NCBI GenBank assembly: GCA_965655095.1
Contig: OZ296650.1
Coordinates: 127,224,001-127,288,000, forward strand
Direction of reading: 5' to 3'
DNA: 64,000 nucleotides
Source: Haplodiscus bocki
Lineage: Eukaryota
Shown here: positions 15,001-28,659 of the stretch, one piece after another
How the letters are laid out: each line of letters begins with the position of its first letter
How positions within the stretch are numbered: position 1 is the first letter of the stretch
Program-made: the position numbers and the translations under genes
Notes under the pieces: model-generated
What the model was told of the DNA's origin: nothing
Databases searched by the model: none
Seen by the model: the letters and a program-made list of their open reading frames with translations, nothing else

Positions 15001-18000
15001 AAATATTAGTTGCGAAGAAACATGAGTCTGAATGTCGCGAAAATTCATCACCTATGGCCTTGCTTTGAGAATGGGACTATCAAGACTTCGCTGCTACACT
15101 CAAAACTTTTGTCTTTCAGTCGCAACTTCTTCTGGATGGTGGAATTTTTGATTCAAAGCTTACAGAAATTCTCTTGTCTGTAGCTACTTTGATATTTGAG
15201 TTTCAGGTTTGAGATAAATCAATTAAATATGTTTTTTTTTGGTTTCTGGACTATCGGTTTTCTTAGCAGTTTTGAGAAACCGTTTCTCCAATTGAAACCT
15301 GCTCCGCAGGTGCGAATTTTTCGGTTGTGATTGTCATGAAGGACTCAACCGTGAATTTCCAAAGCAAAACTAGCATGGAAATTGAGCTGAATCGTTTTTA
15401 TTACCACTTCTTGGTTTCTTCAGATCATAGAAAATCGGATGCACCGATCGGAATCGGAAACTTCTCCATCAATTTTGCTTCTTCAAAGTCAACTGTTCCC
15501 AAAGAAGTTTTAGTAGGAGCAACTAAACCTAGAGTTACAGAGAAATTTGGGTTTCAAATTCGAAATAAATCAAATTCAAAAGCCAATTTTGTATTACTCA
15601 GACTTCAGGATTCTCGTGTAGGGAACAAAAAAGTGCTTCCCCGGCACAATCTTTTTCTGCATTTGGGAATTTTTTGAACGTCATCTTCCTTTAGGACATC
15701 AACATTGTATTTGGAGCAAATTTAAACTTGACCGTCGAGGTAAATCAATACTAATAGCAGTTTTAAGAGGTTTCGGACAAGCAGGACTTTGATGCAAAGA
15801 TAACATTCAACTATTTTCCATTGAGTATTGCCTTACACGTGTGCAAGTTTCTATTGAAGTCTTGATAGAAGCCATCAATTTGGTAGTTACGGCGGAAAGT
15901 TTGAATGTGTCGGCAAATAGAAATTAAAAGCAGGTTTTGTAATTTTCCGACAATCAGGATTATGATACTTGTTTCAGAAAGATGTTTGCTTAATCGAATT
16001 TGCTTCGAATTTGCTTCTGCATGTGTAAAATGTTCGATTAGAACCGTGATGCAAGGAATCAAAGCTGTGGTCACGGAGGAAAATGAGCCTGATTTTTGAG
16101 ATACTTACGTATTGAAAGCATTTTCGGGAGCTTTCGGTCAATCAGGAGTTCGTTTGTATGGAGTCAAAACGAATGTTTCTTTCTGCCCATCTTACCTTTC
16201 AAACATGAAACTTTTCTGTGTGATCTCCATGGAAGAGAACAATTCTTTAATTGCCTTGATATCTGGGTTTTGATATTGAGATGACATATAATTTTTGGCA
16301 CTATTCGTGACTTTTGGACAATGAAGACTCGCATGTAAAAATTGAAGTCGAATGTTTTCCGAATGGAATTTCTGCACGACCAGTTGAAAGCTGTGGATTG
16401 ACAAGCTGATTGAAAAACCGCAAGTTGGTTGTTACGGAGGAACTTGAGTTTGGTTGTCGACAGAGTTTAATTTCTCTGAAAGACTAAAATTTCTGATTGC
16501 GAGTTCGTTAGAAAAAATCAATCCTGTAGCTACGGTGAAATTAATGTTTGCAGAATGAAACCAATCAAAATTTGTAGCAGTTTTGGAAAATTCGAACTAT
16601 CAGGAATCTGATGCAAAGATCCAATTCAAGGTTTTTAAAGTGAGTTTTCCTTCACAGATATGAAACTTTCCCGTGAAACCTTGATAGAGGCAATCAATTC
16701 AGTAGTTACGGAGAAGTATGTGTTCTAATATCGAACAAGAAATCAAAAGTAAGAGCAAATTTTGCACAGTTCGAACGATCTGGATGTTGATGCGAGTTTC
16801 ACAAAAGTTTCCTGATTTGTATCTTCCTCTGAGAAAATGAAACTGTTGCTGTGGAATTTGATGGATGCAACCAGTCCTGCAATAGGAAGTAAATTTGAGT
16901 TTGAAATATGAGATATTTGTCAAGTTTAGGAATAACTTTCGTAATTCTCTGATTATTATGGTTCAAATTGCAGCAACCTAACTGTCTTCTTTTTGAATTC
17001 CTTGTTTACCACAGTCTGAACGTTTTTCAGTGGGACACGAGAGAAGGAGTCAAATATTAGTTGCGAAGAAACATGAGTCTGAATGTCGCGAAAATTCATC
17101 ACCTATGGCCTTGCTTTGAGAATGGGACTATCAAGACTTCGCTGCTACACTCAAAACTTTTGTCTTTCAGTCGCAACTTCTTCTGGATGGTGGAATTTTT
17201 GATTCAAAGCTTACAGAAATTCTCTTGTCTGTAGCTACTTTGATATTTGAGTTTCAGGTTTGAGATAAATCAATTAAATATGTTTTTTTTTGGTTTCTGG
17301 ACTATCGGTTTTCTTAGCAGTTTTGAGAAACCGTTTCTCCAATTGAAACCTGCTCCGCAGGTGCGAATTTTTCGGTTGTGATTGTCATGAAGGACTCAAC
17401 CGTGAATTTCCAAAGCAAAACTAGCATGGAAATTGAGCTGAATCGTTTTTATTACCACTTCTTGGTTTCTTCAGATCATAGAAAATCGGATGCACCGATC
17501 GGAATCGGAAACTTCTCCATCAATTTTGCTTCTTCAAAGTCAACTGTTCCCAAAGAAGTTTTAGTAGGAGCAACTAAACCTAGAGTTACAGAGAAATTTG
17601 GGTTTCAAATTCGAAATAAATCAAATTCAAAAGCCAATTTTGTATTACTCAGACTTCAGGATTCTCGTGTAGGGAACAAAAAAGTGCTTCCCCGGCACAA
17701 TCTTTTTCTGCATTTGGGAATTTTTTGAACGTCATCTTCCTTTAGGACATCAACATTGTATTTGGAGCAAATTTAAACTTGACCGTCGAGGTAAATCAAT
17801 ACTAATAGCAGTTTTAAGAGGTTTCGGACAAGCAGGACTTTGATGCAAAGATAACATTCAACTATTTTCCATTGAGTATTGCCTTACACGTGTGCAAGTT
17901 TCTATTGAAGTCTTGATAGAAGCCATCAATTTGGTAGTTACGGCGGAAAGTTTGAATGTGTCGACAAATAGAAATTGAAAGCAAGTTTTGTAATTTTCCG

Positions 18001-21000
18001 ACAATCAGGATTTTGATACTTGTTTCAGAAAGATGTTTGCTTAATCGAATTTGCTTCTGCATGTGTAAAATGTTCGATTAAAACCGTGATGCAAGGAATC
18101 AAAGCTGTGGTCACGGAGGAAAATGAGCCTGATTTTTGAGATAATTACGTATTGAAAGCATTTTCGGGAGCTTTCGGTCAATCAGGAGTTCGTTTGTATG
18201 GAGTCAAAACGAATGTTTCTTTCTGCCCATCTTACCTTTCAAACATGAAACTTTTCTGTGTGATCTCCATGGAAGAGAACAATTCTTTAATTGCCTTGAT
18301 ATCTGGGTTTTGATATTGAGATGACATATAATTTTTGGCACTATTCGTGACTTTTGGACAATGAAGACTCGCATGCAAAAATTGAAGTCGAATGTTTTCC
18401 GAATGGAATTTCTGCACGACCAGTTGAAAGCTGTGGATTGACAAGCTGATTGAAAAACCGCAAGTTGGTTGTTACGGAGGAGCTTGAGTTTGGTTGTCGA
18501 CAGAGTTTAATTTCTCTGAAAGACTAAAATTTCTGATTGCGAGTTCGTTAGAAAAAATCAATCCTGTAGCTACGGTGAAACTAATGTTTGCAGAATGAAA
18601 CCAATCAAAATTTGTAGCAGTTTTGGAAAATTCGAACTATCAGGAATCTGATGCAAAGATCCAATTCAAGGTTTTTAAAGTGAGTTTTCCTTCACAGATA
18701 TGAAATTTTCCCGTGAAACCTTGATAGAGGCAATCAATTCAGTAGTTACGGAGAAGTATGTGTTCTAATATCGAACAAGAAATCAAAAGTAAGAGCAAAT
18801 TTTGCACAGTTCGAACGATCTGGATGTTGATGCGAGTTTCACAAAAGTTTCCTGATTTGTATCTTCCTCTGAGAAAATGAAACTGTTGCTGTGGAATTTG
18901 ATGGATGCAACCAGTCCTGCAATAGGAAGTAAATTTGAGTTTGAAATATGAGATATTTGTCAAGTTTAGGAATAACTTTCGTAATTCTCTGATTATTATG
19001 GTTCAAATTGCAGCAACCTAACTGTCTTCTTTTTGAATTCCTTGTTTACCAGAGTCTGAACGTTTTTCAGTGGGACACGAGAGAAGGAGTCAAATATTAG
19101 TTGCGAAGAAACATGAGTCTGAATGTCGCAAAAATTCATCACCTATGGCCTTGCTTTGAGAATGGGACTATCAAGACTTCGCTGCTACACTCAAAACTTT
19201 TGTCTTTCAGTCGCAACTTCTTCTGGATGGTGGAATTTTTGATTCAAAGCTTACAGAAATTCTCTTGTCTGTAGCTACTTTGATATTTGAGTTTCAGGTT
19301 TGAGATAAATCAATTAAATATGTTTTTTTTTGGTTTCTGGACTATCGGTTTTCTTAGCAGTTTTGAGAAACCGTTTCTCCAATTGAAACCTGCTCCGCAG
19401 GTGCGAATTTTTCGGTTGTGATTGTCATGAAGGACTCAACCGTGAATTTCCAAAGCAAAACTAGCATGGAAATTGAGCTGAATCGTTTTTATTACCACTT
19501 CTTGGTTTCTTCAGATCATAGAAAATCGGATGCACCGATCGGAATCGGAAACTTCTCCATCAATTTTGCTTCTTCAAAGTCAACTGTTCCCAAAGAAGTT
19601 TTAGTAGGAGCAACTAAACCTAGAGTTACAGAGAAATTTGGGTTTCAAATTCGAAAAAAATCAAATTCAAAAGCCAATTTTGTATTACTCAGACTTCAGG
19701 ATTCTCGTGTAGGGAACAAAAAAGTGCTTCCCCGGCACAATCTTTTTCTGCATTTGGGAATTTTTTGATCGTCATCTTCCTTTAGGACATCAACACTGTA
19801 TTTGGAGCAAATTTGAACTTGACCGTCGAGGTAAATCAATACTAATAGCAGTTTTAAGAGTTTTCGGACAAGCAGGACTTTGATGCAAAGATAACATTCA
19901 ACTATTTTCCATTGAGTACTGCCTTACACGTGTGCAAGTTTCTATTGAAGTCTTGATAGAAGCCATCAATTTGGTAGTTACGGCGGAAAGTATGGATGTG
20001 TCGACAAATAGAAATTGAAAGCAAGTTTTGTAATTTTCCGACAATCAGGATTTTGATACTTGTTTCAGAAAGATGTTTGCTTAATCGAATTTGCTTCTGC
20101 ATGTGTAAAATGTTCGATTAAAACCGTGATGCAAGGAATCAAAGCTGTGGTCACGGAGGAAAATGAGCCTGATTTTTGAGATAATTACGTATTGAAAGCA
20201 TTTTCGGGAGCTTTCGGTCAATAAGGAGTTCGTTTGTATGGAGTCAAAACGAATGTTTCTTTCTGCCCATCTTACCTTTCAAACATGAAACTTTTCTTTG
20301 TGATCTCCATGGAAGAGAACAATTCTTTAATTGCCTTGATATCTGGGTTTTGATATCGAGATGACATATAATTTTTGGCACTATTCGTGACTTTTGGACA
20401 ATGAGGACTCGCATGCAAAAATTGAAGTCGAATGTTTTCCGAATGGAATTTTTGCACGACCAATTGAAAGCTCTGGATTGACAAGCTGATTGAAAAACCG
20501 CAAGTTGATTGTTACGGAGGAACTTGAGTTTGGTTGTCGACAGAGTTTAATTTCTCTGAAAGACTAAAATTTCTGATTGCGAGTTCGTTAGAAAAAATCA
20601 ATCCTGTAGCTACGGTGAAACTAATGTTTGCAGAATGAAACCAATCAAAATTTGTAGCAGTTTTGGAAAATTCGAACTATCAGGAATCTGATGCAAAGAT
20701 CCAATTCAAGGTTTTTAAAGTGAGTTTTCCTTCACAGATATGAAACTTTCCCGTGAAACCTTGATAGAGGCAATCAATTCAGTAGTTACGGAGAAGTATG
20801 TGTTCTAATATCGAACAAGAAATCAAAAGTAAGAGCAAATTTTGCACAGTTCGAACGATCTGGATGTTGATGCGAGTTTCACAAAAGTTTCCTGATTTGT
20901 ATCTTCCTCTGAGAAAATGAAACTGTTGCTGTGGAATTTGATGGATGGAACCAGTCCTGCAGTGGGAAGTAAATTTGAGTTTGAAATATGAGATATTTGT

Positions 21001-24000
21001 CAAATTTAGGAATAACGTTGGTAATTCTCTGATTATTATGGTTCAAATTGCAGCAACGAAACTGTTTTCTTTTTGAATTCCTTGTTTACCACAATCTGAA
21101 CGTTTTTCAGTGAAACATGACAGAAGGAGTCAAATAGTAGTTGCGAAGAAACATGAGTCTGAGTGTCGAGAAAATTCGTCACCTATGGCCTTGCTTTGAG
21201 AATGGGACTATCAAGACTTCGGTGCTACACTCAAAACTTTTGCCTTTCAGTCGCATCTTCTTCTGGATGGTGGAATTTTTGATTCAAAGCTTACAGAAAT
21301 TCTCTTGTCTGTAGCTACTTTGATATTTGAGTTTCAGGTTTGAGATAAATCAATTAAATGTGTTTTTTTTTGGTTTCTGGACTATCGGTTTTCTTAGCAG
21401 TTTTGAGAAACCGTTTCTTCAATTGAAATCTGCTCCGCAAGTGCGAAATTTTCGGTTGTGATTGTCATGAAGGACTCAACCGTGAATTTCCAAAGCAAAA
21501 CTAGCATGGAAATTGAGCTGAATCGTTTTTATTACCACTTCCTGGTTTCTTCAGACCATAGAGAATCGGATGCACCGATCGGAATCGGAAACTTCTCCAT
21601 CAATTTTCCTTCTTCAAAGTCAACTGTTCCCAAAGAAGTTTTATTAGGAGCAACTAAACCTAGAGTTACAGAGAAATTTGGGTTTCAAATTCGAAATAAT
21701 TCAAAGTCAAAAGCCAATTTTGTATTACTCTGACCTTCTGGATTTTGGTGTAGGGAACAAAAAATGGCTTCCTCGGCACAATCCTCTTCTGCAACTGGGA
21801 ACATTTTGATTGTCATCTTTATTTAAGAGATCAACACTGTACTTGGAGCAATTTTGAACTTGACCGTCGAGGTAAATCAATACTAATAGCAGTATTAAGG
21901 GTTTTCGGACAAGAAGGATTTTGATGCAAAGATAACATTCAATTGTTTTCCATTGAGTTTTTCCTTACACGTGTGACAGTTTCTATTGAAGTGTTGATGG
22001 AAGCCATCAAACGGGTGTTTACGGTGGAAAGTTCGATTGTGTAGATAAAAAAAAACTAAAAGGAGGTATTGTATTTTTCCGGCAATCAGGATTATGATAC
22101 AAGTTTCAGAAAGATGTTTGCTTAATCGAATTTTCTTCTGCATGTGTAAAATGTTCCATTGGAACCGCGACGCAAGGAATCAAAGCTGTGGTCGCGGAGA
22201 AAAATGAGCTTGGTTTTCGAGATAATTACATAATGAAAACACTTTCGCGCGTTTTACGTCATTCAGGAATTCGTTTGTTTGGAGTCAAAGTGAAAGTTTC
22301 TTTCTGCCAATCTTACTTTTCAAATATGAAACTTTTCTTTGTGATCTCGATGGAAGAGAACAATTCTTCAATTGCCTTGATTTTTGGGTTTTGATGCCAA
22401 GATGACATAAAGTTCTTGGCAATGTTTTTGAATTTTGGACAATGAGGACTCACATGCAAAAATTGAAGTCGAAAGTTCTCCGAATGGAAAAGTTGCCCGA
22501 CCAGTTGAAAGCTCTGGATTGACAAGCTGATTGAAAAACAGCGAGCTGGTTGTTACGGAGGAACTTGAGTTTGGTTGTCGAGAGAGTTGGTTTAATTTCT
22601 CTGAAAGAATAAAATTTCTGATCGCGAACTCGATAGAAAAATCAATCCTGTAGCTACGGTGAAACTAAAGTTTAAAGAAAGAAAGCAATCAATACTAGTA
22701 GCAATTTTGGAAAATTCGAACTATCAGGATTCTGATGCAAAGATCCAATTCAAGGTTTTTAAAGTGAGTTTTTCTTTACAGATATGAAACTTCTCCGTGA
22801 AACCTTGATAGAAGCAATCAATTCGGTAGTTACGGAGAAATATTTGTTCTAATATCGAAAAAAGTTCAAAAGTAAAAGCAAGTTTTGCACAATTTGAACG
22901 ATCTGGCTGTTGATGGGAGTTTCACAAAAGTTTCTTGATTTGTATCCTCTTCTGAAAATGTGATACTGTTGCTGTGGAATTTGATGGATGGAATCAGCCC
23001 TGCAGTAGGAAAGAAATTTGAGTTTGAAAATTGAGATGTAAATCAATTTTAGGAAAACCTTTCGTATTTCTCTGATTATTAAAGTTCAAATTGCAGCAAC
23101 GAAACTAATTTCTTTTTGAATCCCTTGTTTACCACAATCTGAACTTTTTTCAGGGAAACATGACAGAAGGAGTCAAATAAGTAGTTGAGAAGAAACAAGA
23201 GTCTGAATGTCGAGAAATTCCATCACCTATGGCCTTGCTTTGAAAATGGGACTATCAAGACTTCGCTGCTACAATCAAAACTTTTGTCTTTCAGTCGCAT
23301 CTTCTTCTGGATGGTTGAAATTTTGATTCAAATTTTAAGGAAATTCTCTTGTCTCTATTGACTGTGATGTTTGAGTTTCAGGTTTGAGATAAATCAAAGA
23401 AATGTGTTTTTTTTTGGTTTCTGGACTATCGGTTTTCTTAGCAATTTTGAGAAACCGTTTCCCCAACTGAATATTGCTCCGCAAGTGTGAAACTCTCGGT
23501 TGTCATCTTCATGAAAGACTCAACCGTGAAGTTTCGAAACAAAATTAACATGGAAATTGAGATGAATCAATTTTATTACCACTTTTTGGTTTCTTCAGAC
23601 CATCAGGAGTTTGACGCACTGATCGGAATCGGAAACCTCTGCAGCATTTTACCCTCTTCAAAGTCAACTGTTCCCAAAGAAAATTTAGTAGAAGCTTTCA
23701 AACTTACAGTTACAGAGGAATTAGGGTTTAAAATCGAAATAGTCCAAATTTAAAAGCCAATTTTGTATTACTCTGACAGTCAGGAGTTTGGTGTAGGGAA
23801 CAAAAAATGCTTCCCGGCACAATCTTTTTCTGCAACTGGGACTGTTTCGATCGTCATCTTCATTTAAGAGACCAACACTGTAGTTGGAGCAAATTTGAAC
23901 TTGACCGTCGAGGTAAATCGATACTAATAGCAGTAGTAAGAGTTTTCGGACAAGCAGGACTTTGATGCAAAGATAACATTCAACTATTTTCCACTAAGTT

Positions 24001-24720
24001 TTTCCTTACAGGTGTGGAACTTTCTATTGAAGTCTTGATAGAAGCCATCAAACTGGTAGTTACGTCGGAAAGTTAGAATGTGCAGATAAATAGACATTAA
24101 AAGCAGGTTTTTTTTGCGGACAATCATGATTATGTTGCAAGTTTCAAAAAGATGTTTGATCAATTGAATCTTCCTCTGCATATGTAAAATGTTCGATTAG
24201 AACCATGATGCAAGCAATCAGAGAAGCGGTCACGGAGGAAAATGAGCTTGGTTTTTGAGATAAAGAAATAATAAAAGCAGTTTGGCGAGTTTTACGTCAA
24301 TCACGAATTCTTTTGTATGGATTCAAATTGAAAGTTTCTCTCCGCCTATCTTACCTTTCAAATATGAAACTTTTTTTGTGATCTCGATGGAAGAGAACAA
24401 TTCTTTATTTGCCCTGATTTCTGGGTTTTGATATTGAGATGACATGTAATTCTTGGAACGTTTTGTGAATTTTGGACAATGAGGACTCACATGCAAAGAT
24501 TGAAGTCGAAATGTTCCAAATGGAAAAACGACCCGACCAGTTGAAATCTCTGGATTGACTAGTTGATTGAAAAACAGCAAGTTGGTTGTTACGAAGGAAC
24601 TTGAGTTTGGTTGTCGAGAGAGTTTAATTTCTATCAAAGAATAAAATTTCTGATTGCGAGTTCGATAGAAAGAATCAAGAATAATATTTCTGGTCGAGAG
24701 TTCGATAGAAAGAATCAATC
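1..24720. repeat. Tandem satellite array, ~12 copies of a 2040-2051 bp higher-order repeat unit built from ~175-bp monomers; open at window start
   Basis: The marker CGAATGGAATTTTTGCACGACC or a close variant recurs at 1, 2041, 4092, 6132, 8174, 10215, 12258, 14309, 16360, 18400 and 20440, with diverged copies at ~22481 and ~24520. The ORF track repeats with the same period. Confidence 0.97.
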
Positions 24721-27700
24721 TTGTAGCTACCGTGAAACATGAGTTTAAAGAGTAAAAGCATTAAGATTTTTTAGGACTTTTCGGAAAATTCAAAATTTCG
24801 GGATTTTTGATGGATCAAGAAATTGAGTGAACAATTGAGTCCTCTCTGGCATGATTGAAGTTTTTGTTTTTGTTTTTTGTGGAAGTACTCAACCTTGTAT
24901 TTAGGGTGAAAATTTAGGTTGAAAGTCGAAATAAAGCAAATTTGTAGGCAATTGGACAATTAGAACTGTCATGATTTGCATGCCAGGATTGAAATCGAAG
25001 TTTTCCTGCAATTCTTATTCCGTTAGTCTAAAGCTTTCCATTGAAAACTTAATGGAAACGTTGAGATTGGTACCGAGGGAACCGTTTTTGAAAATTGAGA
25101 TAAGTCAAAGGTAAAAAGATGCTTTCACTTTTCGGACTATCGAAAATTTGGTGCAAGGAACGACTACGACACTTTTAAAACCAAATGAATTTCCAACAGT
25201 TTAAAGTTTTTGATTGATAGGTCGATGATCGAATGCAAGCCGATGGTTATCAAGAAATTTTATTTTGTTTGTCAAGACAAATTTTACTCGATCTTTGTGT
25301 ATCCACGGCTTATCAGGATATCGTTGTGAGCGTCAAAATATTAGATTTTTTAATCGGATCATCCTCTTGACGTGTGGAGGTTCTGACCGAGATTTTGATG
25401 GAATTATTCATTCCTGCAGTTACGATGAAGTAGGAGTTTGGGCATTGAGACCAATCAGTGTATAAAGCAACTTTTGGAAGCTTTGGAGCTTCATAAAATT
25501 GATGCCAGCATCGGATCTGATTTTTCAATAAATCCCTGCTTTGCATTTTCGACTTTTGATTGTGATTTTGATGGAAGGATCCTACCCAATACTTGCCTAA
25601 ATTCTTGAGCTGGAGAAACGGCATAAATTGAATTTAAGGGTACTTTTTTGACTTCTTATACTGTCAGGATTTTGCAGAAGGGATCGGAACGCAAAACGAT
25701 TTCACGTAACTCTCCTCCACTTCTGTGAAATATCCCACTGAAACATTGACGGATGAAATGAAACGCATAGTTATGGCGAATTTCGATTTTGAATGTGGAG
25801 ATCATTAATAAGTTTTGGCTTTCTCATAATATCAGGACCTTCAAGGATAACATAAAAGCCTGCTTAGTCAAATCCTTTTTCTCGTTTGTCAATTGAGACA
25901 TTAGTAGAAGGAATCAGACCCGTAATGACGGGGGAAAAGTGATTTTAAATGTCGATAAAGACTGCAAGTAAAAAAACTTTTTGGACATTTTGGCTATCAG
26001 GATTCTGATGCAAGAATCAAAACAATTTTTTTAGCGGGTTTTCAGCTAAAGATTCGAAACTATCATGTTAAACTTTGTTGGAATTAATCAAATTAGTGGT
26101 TACGGAGAAATATCGTGGAGAAGATCAATTTTTGTACATTTCAAACTATCAGTATCTTGATGCACCGATCACAAACAAATATTTCATTGCATCTTACTCT
26201 TCAACTACGTAACTGTCGTTTTGGACCTTGAGCGAGGGAATCAACTTTATAGATGCTTGGAAATTTGAGTTCGAAAAACGAGACCAAACATAGGACTAAC
26301 CTTTGTATTTCTCCGACTATCAGGATTCTGATGCAAGGAAAGAAACTCACGTTTTTAAAACTTTTAGTTGGCCACAAGTTGGACGTTTTTGATAAGTAAT
26401 TTCACGGAAAAAGGGAATTATTTGATTACGAAGAAAATTGAGTTTCAAAATCGGGAGAAATTAATATATAGAAAGGTTTCATAAATTTCTTCGAACATTA
26501 AATTTCCGATGCAAAATACGAAGCTCACGTTTTTTCAAGCACTAATTTGCCACAAGCTGGACTCTTTTGGTTAAGTCTTTATCGGAACGAGTCAAACCTT
26601 TAGTCTCGAAAATTGGGAGTTTGAATTTCGAGTTGAACCAAAATTCATAGAAAAATTTAGCAACTTCGGATTATCAGAGTTTTGATTTAGCGAACAAACA
26701 AAAGAAATTTTCAAAGAAAGCTGTCACCGGATTCATCAAAACACTGAATCATATCTTTTTGGAAGTTGTGAATCCTGTTAACGTGATGAAACATGAGTTT
26801 GAATTGGGAGTTTTTTCAACAAGTATGCCGCTTTTTGGGAGTTTCGGAAAACCTGGATTTCGATGCGAACACATAAAAGTGATTTTCCACCTGAAGTGCC
26901 TATCACAAGTCTGAAACAAAAGAATATGACATCTATGCAGGAAATCAAACGTGTTGTTGTGAAGAAGTTTGATTCTTCAAATCAAATTAAGTCAATATTA
27001 CAAGCAGTTTTTAAAAATTGGGTCTATCAAGATATTGATGTACGGATCACAATCGGGAATTGTTTAACCGGGTTTCGTTTCGCAAGTGTATTGATGCTGA
27101 TTGAGATGGTGATGGGGAGATCCAACCTGTCGTTACGACGGAATATGGGTTTCAAGGCAAGATTTGATTGCTAGGATGAAAACTGATGATTTTGGAACCG
27201 AGTCTTGCTCCGCAAGTGCCAAACGTTCGGTTGAGACCTTAAAAATGCGGAGCAAACAGTAGAAGCGGAGAAAAGATTTGGAAACATCGGACTGACAGAT
27301 TTCTGATACGCAGGTAGAGATCGATAATTAATTGCGACTGTTCCCCAACAATTCTGGAACCTTGGATAGAGAACGTGATGGAAACAATCAGCACCCTGTT
27401 TGCGAGGAGATTTGCGTTTGAAGGTCGAGATAAATCAAATTTAATAGCAGCTGCGAGATCTGTGGTTTATCACTATTTTGATGCAAGCATCTGAAACTTT
27501 TTTTTGAATCGAATTCCTTAGACAGTTCTAACTTCTTCGACATTTTCGTGGAAGGTGTCAAACGTGTAATTACAGAGAAATTTGCTTATGAATGGCGAAA
27601 TTGATTGCTTTTGTTGGCATTTTCTGGAGATATTGGACTATCAGGAGTCTGTTGCAAGGAACGCCATCAAAAACTTCACATTGGATTTTTTGCGTTAATT

Positions 27701-28640
27701 TGAAGTCTATGGTTGTGACTTTGATGAAAGAAAGCATATCTTCTATTACGGAGAAACACGAGTTTGAATAGCGAGGCAAACCAAAACCAGCATTTTCCTG
27801 ATTCTTAGATTATTTTTGCTCTTTTTGTTTCAAATTTCTGAAGCAAGGAGCGAAAAAGACCCCATTTAAATCAACTAGTTTGCCAAAAATCGAATCTTTT
27901 GAGCCATTAATGCAAAAAAGTAAGCCTGTGATTATGGGGAAAAATGAATTTGATTCTTGGGTTTGAGTGCCGAAAGCAAAAATAGCACTTTTTGGAAAGT
28001 TCGGTCAATTAAGAATTCGACGGAGCGCACACAAATGACAACTTTTCCTTCAAGTTGTTGCCACCAGCTGACAGCTTTGATTTGGATCTTGATGAAAGAA
28101 ACGGAAGCTGTTGTTATGGAAAAACAAGAGTTTAAAGACTGACGCCAAAGAATAAAAGTAACAATTGTTTAAAATCACTGACTGAAATCAAGAACTCTGA
28201 TGCAAGTAGTCAAATCACTGAAGTATCACGCAAACGGTTTGACAAATGTTGAAAAATGAATTCAAAACTTGATGGAAGTGATTAATATGGTGGTCACAAA
28301 GAATTATGTGTTTAAATGTCAAGTCAACCAAACAGTAAAGCCTTTTTCGGACCATCAATTTTTTGATGCAAGTATCAAATTAAAAAGTTGTTTAACCGAA
28401 TCCGCCATCCCGAGTGATTTTTCTTCCGGTTGAGAACCTAATGGAGGGAATCAATCCTTTAGTTGCGCAGATATAATGTTTTGAACGTTGAAGTAAATTA
28501 TTTATCACGGCTGCCTTCTAGAATATTCGCACTCTCCGAACTTCGATACAAACAATATGAAAAACTTTCAGTCAAATCTTTCTCTACAAAGTTGAAAAGT
28601 TCTGTGCCTAGTTATTCACGCATAAACCTGGAAACCAATA
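24720..28640. repeat. Diverged monomeric ~175-bp satellite, same family as the HOR monomers
   Basis: A GACTATCAGGATTCTGATGCAA-like anchor recurs at ~25133, 25306, 25484, 25658, 25827, 25991, 26143, 26314, 26493, 26668, 26846, 27021, 27289, 27463, 27635, 27828, 28002, 28185, 28349 and 28531, without the 2-kb register. Confidence 0.85.
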
Positions 28641-28659
28641 GATGTGACCAATTTAGTCC

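Noticed and set aside
340-24718. Dozens of recurring 60-130 aa ORFs in the tandem array
   Set aside because: They recur only because the DNA is repeated. They occur on both strands, have no domain motifs, gain and lose stops between copies, and overlie a 175-bp satellite periodicity.
1-28640. CRISPR array, rDNA, histone or snRNA tandem cluster as the explanation for the array
   Set aside because: No constant short repeat with unique spacers, and no recognisable rRNA, snRNA or histone sequence.
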